This document shows positions 13,301 to 25,222 of a DNA stretch of 64,000 nt, in pieces. Source of the DNA: Trypanosoma brucei (Eukaryota); assembly GCA_000002445.1 (NCBI GenBank), contig CP000066.1:128001-192000 (forward strand), in the 5' to 3' direction. Below the pieces are notes generated by a model, which was not told the origin of the DNA, ran no database searches, and was given only the letters and a program-made list of their open reading frames with translations. A program made the translations under genes and the position numbers. Position 1 is the first letter of the stretch; each line of letters begins with the position of its first letter.

Positions 13301-16300
13301 CCGCGAGGGGTTGAGGTTATTTGGGTTTCTACTTCCCAATGTGCGCATTTGCTGCTTGGAGTTAAATCAAAAAATACTGTGATGATACCAGCCCTGAATG
13401 ACCCCCTGTGTTCTGCCGCTTGTTCCAAGACAACCCCTTGTACGGGGGAGAGTAGCGGTAACGGCTGTTAAAGCGGATAAACCACACACAAAATAACGTA
13501 ACTTGGCATCCCGTTTACCATCCCTACTTTCCAGCGACTGATCGGGTAGGTTACGTGCATACTCTTGGGGGTCAACACTCTCCCATTAGATAATAAAGAG
13601 ATAACCTACTGTTTCACAAACCATCTGCGTTTTCTGGCTACAAAGGTTTATGTTGGGTAAACATCTGCACTATTGCAGTACAGACTTCACATTTTACAGG
13701 AGGCATATTCGCGGGACGAACAAGCGTAACGCAAGTCATACACTGGTAGAATGCCACTGCAACGGCACGGTCCTCCATAGGAAAAGTGTCGATACTGGTT
13801 CGCCACATCGCAAGGGAGAAGCAGACAGGAGCGAAAGACACTATTCTCATAGAAAAAGAGCGATTGAATAGCTTGCCAACAAACTCGGGTGCGCGAGGCA
13901 AAGAATGGCTCGAGCGTGCCCCAAAGAAACTAGGAATATAAAGGAGGTTACGCTATTGTCTCCGGTAAGAATGGAAACACAGACGACAACACCAAAAACA
14001 GATACACTGGCGCAACACTTCTTGAGCAAAGAGCTGAAAATCTTCTAAATGGAATGACGTTATGTGACAATGTAAGCGGAAAAGTAGCGGAGAAACATAA
14101 GGTGAAAAGTGCGATCAAAGGAAAGACACAGAGTGATGGAGAGGAAAAACATTTAAGGCAAGAACCACAGAAACAGCAGCCATCAACTCAACCAATCAGG
14201 AATTCCCACCGAGGTTACAAAACACGCAAGAAATAATTGTCACCAGGCCATTGCCGATAAAGGGACGGCTGCAGCTGTAATATCACCGGGGGCTGAGGAA
14301 GTAAGGACATATTATTTCCATGGAACAAGCAAACTAACGCGCAGTTACAGAGCATAAACTGTGCAATGAAAAGTGGATTCGAATCACTCGTAGGTGCCCC
14401 CAGGAATGCATCGAAAAAGTGGGAAAGTAATAGCATTTACCAACTCGTTGTCCCGGCCCGTTGTCTCTCACAAAACGGAGACCGCGAGTATCAATGAGGA
14501 AATCCCGTAGCTCAAATTAAGAAACTCCGTATAATTAACTGGAAGAATGGTAAACCCAACGTTTGAAACTGTATTATTACACCGTAGTGAAATACAAACT
14601 GGTGAACCGGCATGAAAAGACAACTTGGTGCCACAGCAGTGCTCATTGCGGAAGACGGGCGTTATTAAAGCTGTGATGGAGTGGAAACCAAAATGAAGGA
14701 AATCAATTTGAAAACACACAAAATTCCAAAGTGTGCCCCGACGAGGAATCGTATGAAACGCATCCGCCCCATGCTGAGGGGGATATCTCTCTTTGCACGA
14801 AAAAAGGTTAATACTGATCCGGTTTCGGAGAAGGACAACAAGGCATTTGTGTGGCACATGACAACAATATGGAAAAAAGAGAACGGACAACATCAAATAC
14901 AAACGGTGTTCTGTTGTGAACATTGACAGCCCTCTTCAAAAGTTTTTGTTGCAATGGACGGGTGACCGGCCCCAAAGCGCCATCGCGGCCAAGTGCAATG
15001 CGACAAAAACTTACTCATATGTCCAGTGCACTTTATTATACAAATGCGACGTGTTTTAGCAACTGACCGAGCGATAAACAAGCATCAATGGGAAAGGAAA
15101 AAGAACATGGAAAGGACTCCGAAAAGGAAACAAAACACAGATAACATACAGAGTGGACTCTAACTTCCATGCATCTATTGTATTTTATTTTATTTCGAAC
15201 AAATGCAATTGGTATGGGAATGCGTGCCACGACGCTTCTGAGGGAACCTTCCAGACGACCTTTTAGAAGCAAAAGGGAGACCTATCTGAAGAAACGGTGG
15301 AGAGCAAGGAAAGGAAAAAGGCTAAATTGACCCTTTCGTCCACCAAGCGTACCAACTGGGTGGGTGGTTGAGGAAGCGCAACGACACAGGTCATTCAAAC
15401 GGGGGCGAACAGAAGGCGCGGCCAAAAGCCCAAAGGACATATCACCAGGAAAATATGGCGGGGATGTGGAATTTCAAATGAGCCCAAGGAATTTTAAGCG
15501 AAAGGGGGAATTGGCATGTTGCAGGTGCAACAAACTGGATCACCGTGTCAAAAACCGATGGCACAGTCATGCAAACAAGTTGAAACCAAAGTTCCCCATT
15601 CGCCACAACAAATGCGGTTGACACTGGATAACGGGGCACTCGAAAAGCGACAACCCGAACGACCGAAGGAGTACCAGCGCCATGTTGTAAAAAAAGAAGC
15701 GCAGGCACAATTAAAAGGATGATTAAGAAAACGAAGCGCGAAAGGTAAAGGATGTGATCGCAGAAAGGAACGTGAAGGATGACAGCGAAAACACTGTATT
15801 CCTTGAAAAATTAGAGATGGTAATGCAAAAAAGGGCGGACTGAAGCGCAGAGTAGAGCACGGTACAAGATGTCGATGGTGCGATTATTAGCCTGTTCACT
15901 TGTCAGAATTGATTTTACACACCAGGAACAAACACTTCGATAAAAATGCAATGGGAAGAGATTGAGAAGCGGAGCGTTCCTAGTATTGAAGACGGTTCCA
16001 AAGGATCTCCAATGTACGCAACACCCGACAAAATGTATGGAACAAGGTACCCTCATCGAGCACTTGTAGCACTGGCGTGGGCACAAAATAGAGGGCTGCT
16101 GTGACGCTCTAAGAGTAGGGTGAGTGGAAACTCCCACACACTTACTACAATGAATAGCCCCTGAGCACTAAGTGGATAATGTGGCTTGATTAGACCCGAG
16201 AAAAGAGGTTAACGGCTTCGCGTAAATGTGGAAATTTTCTTGGTAAAGTTGTTTAGGCCCGACGATGTAGAGAAGGAAGCGCTACCTCCCTCCGATGCGG

Positions 16301-18994
16301 CACACAGAAATCCAAACAGCAAGGTTTAAAGGTATACGTTGGCTGAAACCATGGCACGTAACAATGCAACTAAATCGGAAGATGCCGGTGGCATCACTGT
16401 TGCCAGCGCGAACAGACCTAACGCCGCAGTGGGTGAAGTAGTAATGCAAAGTCGACCGCTAGCTAAAAGATGTCAAACAAAAAGTAAACATAGGGAAATG
16501 CTAGGTACTTAATCGATGGGTGGTAACAAACCCAAACAAAAAGTAGAAGATATCGTTGAAGCAGGCAGATACTGAACAGGCAACGAAGAACAAAGGGGCT
16601 ACCGGCTTGCAGAAATAACAGAAAGCAAAGTGTGGGGTAAGGTGTGGAAAAACAACGGGGAAACTGACTTTTTTGGTGTTAGTTGTGGTGATATTTTCAT
16701 ACACCTAAAGAGGGTGGTCGAGCCAAAGAAAAGGTGGCAAACGCGCAGAGGAACCGCGTAGCTGCATTGACCTGTGTGAAAAGAAAAAAAAATACTTTAC
16801 CAGCATCCGAGGGTTTGTATATTTTGTGTACAAACGAGGGTTGAATTGTGATTGTCACGGGAGTCCGCGGGAACTATAAGAACAAAGTAGAATTAGTAAT
16901 GCATTCAGCGGGCTGCGCGTTAGTGCCCTAGAACATGCTTGCACTCAATACTTTCATTCCCATCACCGTATCTATCGTCGTTTTCATTGCTCCCCCCCTA
17001 TATTCCCGTTATTCCAAGCTCCTCTCTGCGGATTTGCTTGCGATTTAACGCCTTGCTCCCGTCGCATGGCCTTACAAGTGAAACATCGATGAGAACACGC
17101 AACTTCCCCTACGATAAAAGTTGAAAATGCAAGGCATCACACAACCTGCCGACACTTGTGTATTCCATGGCTTCGAAGGGGAAAAACACGTTTCCCAACC
17201 AACGTGAAGAATATTTTTTCGAAACGACAGAGAAGCAAACAAAGCAGATTGTTTCCCCACTGAATGTGATATTCCCCGGAGTTTTCTTTGTGCAGGTTGT
17301 GGGTCGTGAGGGCCCACTTAGTTCGATTCAGGGCATCTTTTTCCTTCCCCGGGGCTGGAGATCGCGTGAAACAAAGGGCGCGGTCACTACCACCAAATCC
17401 GCTATTTAATCATCCCATTTATTAGGAGCATGTACGTACGATGAAAAGAAAAGAAAGTAAATTAGCACGTGCATTTATACATGTGCGTGCCTCTCCCCCA
17501 TATTCCCTACTGCGTTCCACGTGTTGCGTAATTGCCTTTTTTTGACCGTGTTTTATCCCCTCGCGTAGCCTCGTCGATTGCTACATTTTACCTGAAGGCG
17601 AGGGGTGAACCGCATCCCCGGGAACGTGTTTTGTAGGTTCGTCTGATGGTTTAGGTGTAAAATATCTCGCCTCCGGCCGCTCTCGTTGTGCGCTGCGTCT
17701 AATCGGGCGTTTTTCGAATTGGAAGGGCGTTAGCGCTCTTTTGGTGTTTTTCACTGATGTGCAAAAAAAAAGTGGGTGCTTTAGGAGGTTTGGTTTTTGT
17801 CGTTTGCCACCGTGCTTCGTCCAGTTGAGACGCTGGTTTGAATGATTTTACAACCTGAGTGGCCCTCGGTACCTCTTTTTCCGAACCCTAGCCACTTATT
17901 TTCCGCTGTTTTACCACGTATCGCACATCAGATTTTTGAATCCCTGATAAATGTGGATGTGAAACGTGGGACCCGAAAGCGCCTTGGAGGACATGAGCGT
18001 GATGATGAGACGAGCACAGCAACGACTGGTCGCGCATGAGGCAATGGAAATTACACGCACTTTTCCATCGCTCGTATTCCGAGTTAAGGGGCAGGTTGGG
18101 TGGGTGCTGCAGCGGCTCGTAGCCATCCTCTTTTCAGATATTAAAAAAGGGACACGAAAGTCGAGGCAACTGCAAATGGGCACGGAAACCCGGCGACAAA
18201 TTGTGCTTCGATGTCGCCCTACACAAGCCATATTATCTCACCTTGTGTGATTTCATCAGAGCGCTTCCACCGCAGAGTCCCAACCAATGATGTGTGCAGC
18301 TAAACCAAACACGCCAGAGTACAGAGCAGAATAGGTTGCAACACAATACAATGGTCGCGACACCGTAGCGCATGGCGATGGACAACGGCAGACGCACTTC
18401 ATTCGCAAACGAAGAAACTGGTCCGAAACTTGCTGCGGCCGATGCGTGTCAGCATCCAATATTACGGGACTTTATCAAGTTATCGATTGCTCGGAAAGGA
18501 AACGAGACCTCGTGGCGTCAAGAACGACATGCTGCGGTGTAATTTTGTGCTGTTTGTCCTGCTAATAAACTCAATGGCTCCATTCCGGGGACGCTTCATT
18601 TCAAAACCTTTTTCAGTCAATGTCAGAAAAAATGTGAAAACCCCGAACGCGATTTATTTTATTGTCCACGGAACCAAACACACAAATACCCCGTCAAGAG
18701 AGTTGGTGTTTTCAAGAGAGAGATTAACCTCAGTTTCGGGAAGAATATTGAACGAAAAGTCTTTTCCCTACGAAGTTGTTCAAAGATTTAACTCTTTTTT
18801 TTTCTTTCACCCTATCGCGTGCGTGGGGAATTGAATTAATCCCCCATACTTCGGAAGCTAAAAATGGGGAAGATGGGTACCACTGGCTCACCCTCGCTTT
18901 TCTTTTGATTCCCGACCCTACACGCTGAAGGTCGGTGTTCTTTTTGGTAGCGCACAAGAACGGCAGTCCACTCACGTGCGCAATCCTTGTTTTC

Positions 18995-19075
18995 GTCACA
19001 GAACTTTCCAGTCCCGTTTTAACTTCAAAATTTCCGTCTTTTTTCTTTACACTTTACTGTAAGCGCGGTATCAAA
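18995..19075 (+). promoter_or_regulatory. Polypyrimidine tract and AG dinucleotides upstream of the transporter ATG (candidate trans-splice acceptor region)
   Basis: Pyrimidine-rich run ttttcgtcac...cgtcttttttctttacactttactg 40-120 nt upstream of the ATG at 19115, with AG dinucleotides after it. This is the usual kinetoplastid arrangement for spliced-leader addition. The site itself is inferred, not mapped. Confidence 0.4.
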
Positions 19076-19114
19076 GGGACTAACCATCGGTTTAAGGCAG
19101 TCATAAAAGTAAGA

Positions 19115-20503
19115 ATGATGCTCGGGTTCGAATCGGTTTCTGAGTTTACAGTCTACATCACCTTTATATTCTTCGGAATGTCGGCGGTGGTGGTGACAAC
19201 TTCCATATTTTCGATTCCATTCTTTTTTATCGAGTACTACAAGTATGCGCAGGGGGATCCCAATGCAGAGGCGGAGGATCAAAGGTTTTGGAATAACGTC
19301 TTCACGTACTACAATGCCACGACGTTCCTTGTGGAGTTCCTTCTGACTTTATTCATGCTGACAAATCTTGGAAGGCGGATCCCTCTGGCTGTTCGACTCG
19401 GTGCCGGTCTCATCCTCTCAATTTTGGCAGTTTTCGTCGTGATAATGGTCACCATAATAAAAACAACAGAAACCGGCGCCAAGGTAACGATTATGCTCGT
19501 CGGTGTGATCAATGGTGTTGCGGCAACACTTTGTGACACCGGAAACGGTGCCCTTATTAGCCCGTTCCCTACAAAATTTTTCAGCGCCGTTGTGTGGGGT
19601 GTCGCAGTTTGTGGTATCATCACATCGTTCTTCTCTATCGTAATAAAAGCATCTATGGAGAGCAACTACGAAAGCATGTTGACACAGTCCCGAATTTTCT
19701 TTGGCTTGGTTGTCCTTCTTGAAGTGGTTTCCTGCATCCTCTTGGTGCTTCTGAGGAAGAACCCATACGCCATGAAGTATGCAGCAGAGTTTCGGTACGC
19801 CGCAAGGGAAAGGACCAATGCTTGTGAAAACAAAGAAAGTGGCGCATCAAATGGCCCAGCAGAACAAGATGAAGACTCCGTGGCGATTGATAATAACACC
19901 ACGAAAGGGAACGTGATGACGGTCACCGTGGACCCCGACACCATGAAGGACACGGACCAAGTGGAAGACATTACAAACTCGCAGCAAATGCTGAAGGCGA
20001 AGGTATCTGTGGTGCTGAAGCGCGTCTGGCCCATGCTGGCGGCGGGTTTCCTCGCCTTCTCCACCACATTTCTCGTCTACCCTGGTGTATTCTTCGCCGT
20101 CAAAACCGATGTGCCAAACGGTTGGTATATGACTATTACTGCGGCGATGTTTCATTTCGGTGACTTCCTATCGCGCCTCCTCCTTCAGTTCAAGCGGCTG
20201 CAGCCTTCACCACGTTATGTTGTGGTTGGGACATTTGCACGTGTCTTTCTTATAATTCCTCTTGTTTTCTGTGTGCGCGGTATCATTGGTGGCACTCTTC
20301 TCCCTTACATTCTTTCATTTCTTTGGGGCCTCACGTACGGATATTTTGGCGGGATGGCGCTAATACACACGCCACGCACCGGTTCACTGACAGCAGCTGG
20401 TGAACGCTCTCTTGCTGCCAATTGTGCCGTCATTGCGATTCTGTGCGGTCTTTTCTCCGGCTCCATGCTCGCGCTTGCCGTCAAGGAGGGACTTCCTCAA
20501 TAG
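19115..20503 (+). CDS. Equilibrative nucleoside transporter (ENT family; adenosine/nucleoside transporter-like), multi-pass membrane protein
   Basis: ORF 18935-20503. The N-terminus MMLGFESVSEFTVYITFIFFGMSAVVVTTSIFSIPFFFIEYYKYAQGD matches the start typical of trypanosomatid NT/AT nucleoside transporters, and about 10-11 hydrophobic segments are present. I trimmed the start to the ATG at 19115 (MMLGFES); the 60 codons upstream read like flank sequence. It is the only long plus-strand gene in the window. Confidence 0.7.
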   Translation: MMLGFESVSEFTVYITFIFFGMSAVVVTTSIFSIPFFFIEYYKYAQGDPNAEAEDQRFWNNVFTYYNATTFLVEFLLTLFMLTNLGRRIPLAVRLGAGLILSILAVFVVIMVTIIKTTETGAKVTIMLVGVINGVAATLCDTGNGALISPFPTKFFSAVVWGVAVCGIITSFFSIVIKASMESNYESMLTQSRIFFGLVVLLEVVSCILLVLLRKNPYAMKYAAEFRYAARERTNACENKESGASNGPAEQDEDSVAIDNNTTKGNVMTVTVDPDTMKDTDQVEDITNSQQMLKAKVSVVLKRVWPMLAAGFLAFSTTFLVYPGVFFAVKTDVPNGWYMTITAAMFHFGDFLSRLLLQFKRLQPSPRYVVVGTFARVFLIIPLVFCVRGIIGGTLLPYILSFLWGLTYGYFGGMALIHTPRTGSLTAAGERSLAANCAVIAILCGLFSGSMLALAVKEGLPQ

Positions 20504-23500
20504 CACCGCCCTTCATGGGAACCTCATTGGGCTTTTGGAGCCATATCCGTAAATGAGAAAAATTGCAAGCAAGTACACAAGAGGTGCTTGCTAGCGAATA
20601 TAAACTTGTGGTAACCGAATAAAAAAAAGAAAGAGTGTGTTTGGCACGACCGAACATACGTGAAAGCAAAAAAAAAAAAGCCGTGAGGTGACGTGGTCAA
20701 AGGCGAAGTGAGGCAAGGGGAAGCGCAACTAAAAGAAAGGTTGGGACTTGTAGTCCGGGTTTCAAGAAAAGTCGGGCCACAAGGGACGTGCGCGCGACCT
20801 CCAAAAAGTTATTCTTTGGCTAATTTCCCCCTTTGTTTGTTATTTTTTAAAGTTTATTTATTGTTATTATTATTACTATTATTATTTTTTCCGGTCCCTT
20901 CACAGACACATGCCCACCGTTCTTCACGATATGGATATCACCCGTGTAAACGGAGAGGTGTTTCTGTTTATTTTCATAAGATTTTATTACCCAAGCCCCC
21001 CTCCACTAACAAATTATTTTCTCATATTTTATGGCGGTGCTTTCACTCCACAATACCTGACGCCTTCCACTGGTTATACATCCCACAAGAACGTGTGGAA
21101 AGAAATGCCATTCAGTGTGGAGAATAGCCGAACATATTGGTAGGTTATATCTTTTTTTTTTTTACTCAACTTCATTCTTACGAAAAATTTTTTACTCTGT
21201 GTCCTAAAAACGGGGAAGTGGGGTGAGGAAAGAATATGGGATGGCACTTAAATATACTACTCCATTCTCCTAACTTTCGTTCGTGCTCCACACTCACAAA
21301 AACCAAACCGCGGAACCTTTCAAGGAGTTTTTGTGGTCCATATCGAGCCTTCAAACCATGCAAACCCATTTTTTTTTTTACCTTTTCAATGTTCATTTAT
21401 GTATGAAAAGGAAACCTAGAGTTTGAATAAGCAGCGAAGGAATAGCACCCGTCGCACTGGCTACGCATCTTTTGGTGCAAGTTATGGAACTTACGGCATG
21501 AATTAGAAGGGGCCCAACCCGAAGTGTTGATCATCAACTGATACTCAATGCACGCAAAGTTTTGTTTTTCTAATGATGAGGGTTCACATGCCGCATGTTG
21601 GCGGTGCAGTCGACTGATTGAGATGTCAATGGAACAAACCTCGTTTCGACGCCCAATGGACGGGGGAACTATGCAGTCCGGAATTCGAAATCGTCGACTT
21701 CATGGTGAAGCTGCATCCGTTTTACTCCCACGTCGTCGCAGTCATTGGTGATGCGCGGGGGCACTTAATCTTCACCCACAAACCCCGAAAGCTCAGAGCC
21801 AAAAACGGAAGGATTGAAATTGACGTATCTTGCCAGGTTAGTGGAATCAATGAGCATACTACTTCCGTACTGCAGTTAGCGTAAATAATGTTTTTATTAT
21901 CATGAAGGGAGGAAAGAACATACACGTGAACCTCGTACCGTACACGAAAAGGCGTTGCTGGCGAAATAACGGCACAATCGAATCGGCACCAGCACCACAG
22001 CAGGAAATAAAGCGGGGAATGCAGATGGGACCGGGTATCAGAAGCAAGATGTGACGCACACTTTAGCTGGGTGTGGTCGCGAAAGCAAATCACATGTAAT
22101 TGCAATTGCGGAACTCACCGCAAGCAATACGGAAAACTTAAGCCCGAGACGCACCGATGGAACTTCGTGAGCTCACCTTTTTGGGAAGGTTGAGCTCATC
22201 ACGAAAGCAAGGGCAGGCGACCCATGACAGCTGGTTGTCTTCAGGCAGTTGGAAAAGTTTAAAACCGGAAGCGCCGAGTGAACTGTTTAATACGGCTCCG
22301 CAGGAGGAACTGACTTTACTTTTTTTTAAAAATCCTACACAAACGATACCAGCACCGACAACAATGTTGCCAGGGAAACACGTTCCAACGAGTTCCCACG
22401 GGAGTTGGGGCCTCTCGAGTGGAAGAAAGGGTCCACGTGCGCTGAATCAAGAAAACTCCTTCCTTTATTGAGGTTATTGAGTCTAAAAACCCAAATCTCT
22501 CGAAGTCAGCCTTATGTGGGAGATATGTGCGTGCACCGGGGTGGCAGAACTGAACCTTCCCCCACTGCGCAGGCGTACTAAACAATATCGATTCAATTGG
22601 AATGCTTCTGCGCCTTCGAATTTTGGCTTTGTCATCAATATGCCGCGCCAACGCCTCGGACGCGGCGTAGCCTGATATTAGTAGTTGCTCTCAATCAACT
22701 AACATTAGCCACCTTGAGAGTATGGAGGAATTAAACTAAACATTTCAAACCTCAACGAGGCCACGAATTCTAGTCGCTGGACATGACGAACACGCAAATT
22801 TCAGATACGTTACTTTGAGATCAGCAGCGGGTGTTTAAATTGGAGGCGGGGAGGTTCAATGGGTGTTATAAGAAATCACAGGCATTACGGTGTTGGGTAA
22901 AGTCATGACAATTCGGAGGGAGGCATCACGACACCTTTTTTGTTTTGCCGCAAAAAGTGGTTTTGGATGACCTTTTCAGCCATCAAAGTTCTGATGGATC
23001 AACACCTCAGGAACGCGAAACTTTGCACGTGGGGACTCTGCCGTATTGAAATGGCTGCACGGAGGGTGCCATATGTTATTTTACCCTCTTTAGCTCCTCC
23101 TCTGTTGGAGGGACTTAAAAAAGAAAAAAAGGGAGTTTTCGCAGCGAGCGCGTGTTGAAACACTCACTTGACGCGACCACAAGGGATAACTTAAATTGGT
23201 TTCAATTCACATTTTTTCCGGAGTATTTCTGAGAAATGGGGAGAAGCCAAACTCGCCACCAGCCCTCACTCGTTCGGGGAGAGGCATTTGGCCGCTTTCT
23301 TAACGGTCACTTGCCGCCACTCCGCCATTGCGCACAAAAATCCACCAGGCAGTGGCGTCGGGTTAAGTTATAATGCGGTGCGTGATGAAGACCGATAGTC
23401 CGCCATCCTTTAACGGGAGGCGTTATTTTTTTTTTTAAGTTTTATTTGTTCAGCTACAACTCACTCATTCGGTTGCAAGTGAATCTCAACAATCCAATAT

Positions 23501-24523
23501 CGCGCAATTCGTCACAGCACTCATTTCCATGAACTATACGGAGCGCTGCCTCCCACAGCAATGGGCGGAGAATAAAATCCAAATGTTTTTCCCATCATCC
23601 GTTACATAATGTCCTTCGGGCGAATAAACTCCTGACCGTTTATGTTCAAAATCAATTAATGATGGTGCTGAATAAGTTCCGCCCAATTCCGTTCATTTCC
23701 AAAGACGCCATTTACAAGTGCCCACCGCACGCAGCCGAATTTTACCGGCAGCTAAACTTCACCTCTTTGTTAAAATACGAAAAACTTTAAACAGTAGTAA
23801 TGGAATAATGCCTCCAGCCTCTACAAACGACAGCCGATGCTAAGGCCTTTTCTACTTGTTTTATGCGTGAGAATTTATGGAGAGAGCAAATAACCGAAGT
23901 TGTGAAATAGCGTAGATGGCAGTCGTAACGCAACATCACGGGAATATGAAACGAAATAGCGAGTCACAGCTATCACTTTCTTTATTAAAGCAAAAGGAAA
24001 AAAATCAAACCAGGAGCAAATGCAAGTTGAAAATAAACCTGGTGGTAGAGTGGTATAACTGCCCTCTCCCACTTTTGAGATTGAGAAACAAAAAAAGCAG
24101 CAACAACATATAGTCATTCCCAATTTCTTTAGTAAACTTGCGTGCCACTGTACGTTTCGCAAATATTAAAATCTATTCACTACTGACTCAGGTCGAATGT
24201 TAAATATCATCGTAAAACGCCATTCGGGGCAAATGGCGTGTTTAAAGCTCGTTCAAAATATCCTACAGGACATTCTCCCCCTATGGTTCATATAATTCAC
24301 AGCCCCGTAACGATTTGAAGACGGTTATACCATTATTAGGAAATAACATACTGTAGGAATTAGAAGCCCGTTGAAAGTGCAGGTGCCACGGATACTGCGG
24401 GGATATATTCGCACACATAATCAAGGGTGGATTAATTCACATAAGTGAAAAAGACATAATATTAACGTTGTCGAAAAGCATATATTGATTGCGGATGGAG
24501 GGACCAAATGACGCCTCATGCAC

Positions 24524-25222
24524 CTACAGGGAGAATAACAATACTGAATATATTGTGTTGTAAATCGATCGTAGTGGCTGTTCAGAAATACTTCCCTGTT
24601 GCTCAGCCGGCCGGGATGGACCCTCAGATTCAGTTGGAGCGTTCACTTTCTTATTGGAACCTGCAACTTGTTTTGCGGGTGCGTAATTACCATCACTTTG
24701 CGAAACCTTTTGGCTGGGTTTATTTTCTGTCGAATCATCACGTTTTCCCGCTGGACTGCCAATCCGTTTCTTCTCTCCTGGTGGTGATGGGGCCGAGTCG
24801 GGACTGTCAACAATGTTGTCTCGAGCCTCTGGACCTGATGGAACCCTCGGCTCCGGATTCGTGTCACCATTTTCTTTCACTTCTGAACCCTCCGGATTTG
24901 CGACATTTAGTCCGAAATAAACGGCAAGGAGGGCCCGGTTGCAAGTGTATGTCCACGGACAGCCCAAGCCGCCGATGCAGACGGTGCAGTTTCCTGGTCG
25001 ATCTCTTATTCGCCACTCTTTTTTCACTTCTGTGCAGTTGGCCCTTGCATACTGAGCTAGCTGCCGCTTTCCCTCGGAAGTGGACAGGAAGTTACTTCCG
25101 CCAAAGCTTGGGCAATCAGACACGTGAGCTGTTAAAAGCGGTAAGTTGGATGTAGAAGCGTGCACTAAACAAAATGTCAAGACAAACAAAATTAGCACGC
25201 ACCAAGCCCCAAACCTTGACAT
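24524..25222 (-). CDS. Candidate secreted/GPI-anchored cysteine-containing surface protein (hypothetical)
   Basis: ORF 24524-25297 minus, trimmed to the ATG at 25222. MSRFGAWCVLILFVLTFCLVHAS looks like a signal peptide. A 6-Cys module follows (CPSFGG...CTEVKK...CTVCIGGLGCPWTYTC), then an acidic Ser/Pro/Glu/Gly-rich extended region, then a short hydrophobic C-terminus YSVLLFSL consistent with a GPI signal. It has the same orientation as the downstream minus-strand array. The overlapping plus ORF 24508-25155 looks less protein-like. Confidence 0.5.
   Translation of the reverse strand: MSRFGAWCVLILFVLTFCLVHASTSNLPLLTAHVSDCPSFGGSNFLSTSEGKRQLAQYARANCTEVKKEWRIRDRPGNCTVCIGGLGCPWTYTCNRALLAVYFGLNVANPEGSEVKENGDTNPEPRVPSGPEARDNIVDSPDSAPSPPGEKKRIGSPAGKRDDSTENKPSQKVSQSDGNYAPAKQVAGSNKKVNAPTESEGPSRPAEQQGSISEQPLRSIYNTIYSVLLFSL

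Noticed and set aside
18430-18834. 134 aa plus ORF just upstream of the transporter
   Set aside because: No domain. It spans the polypyrimidine/acceptor region and is more likely 5' flank than a gene.
19124-19140. Perfect tRNA T-loop-like motif gggttcgaatcgg
   Set aside because: It lies inside the transporter CDS (codons L-G-F-E-S) and there is no surrounding cloverleaf. Coincidental.
24040-24100. tRNA-like D-arm string (ggtggtagagtggtataactgccc) in the convergent region
   Set aside because: No acceptor-stem complementarity, and no T-arm (GTTCGANTC) follows within 80 nt. The downstream sequence is poly-A/CA.
24508-25155. 215 aa plus-strand ORF overlapping the Cys-rich minus-strand candidate
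   Set aside because: The minus-strand frame has a signal peptide and GPI-like features and matches array polarity. The plus frame is Cys/Arg/Leu-rich with no features. Kept as the alternative in case conservation favours it.
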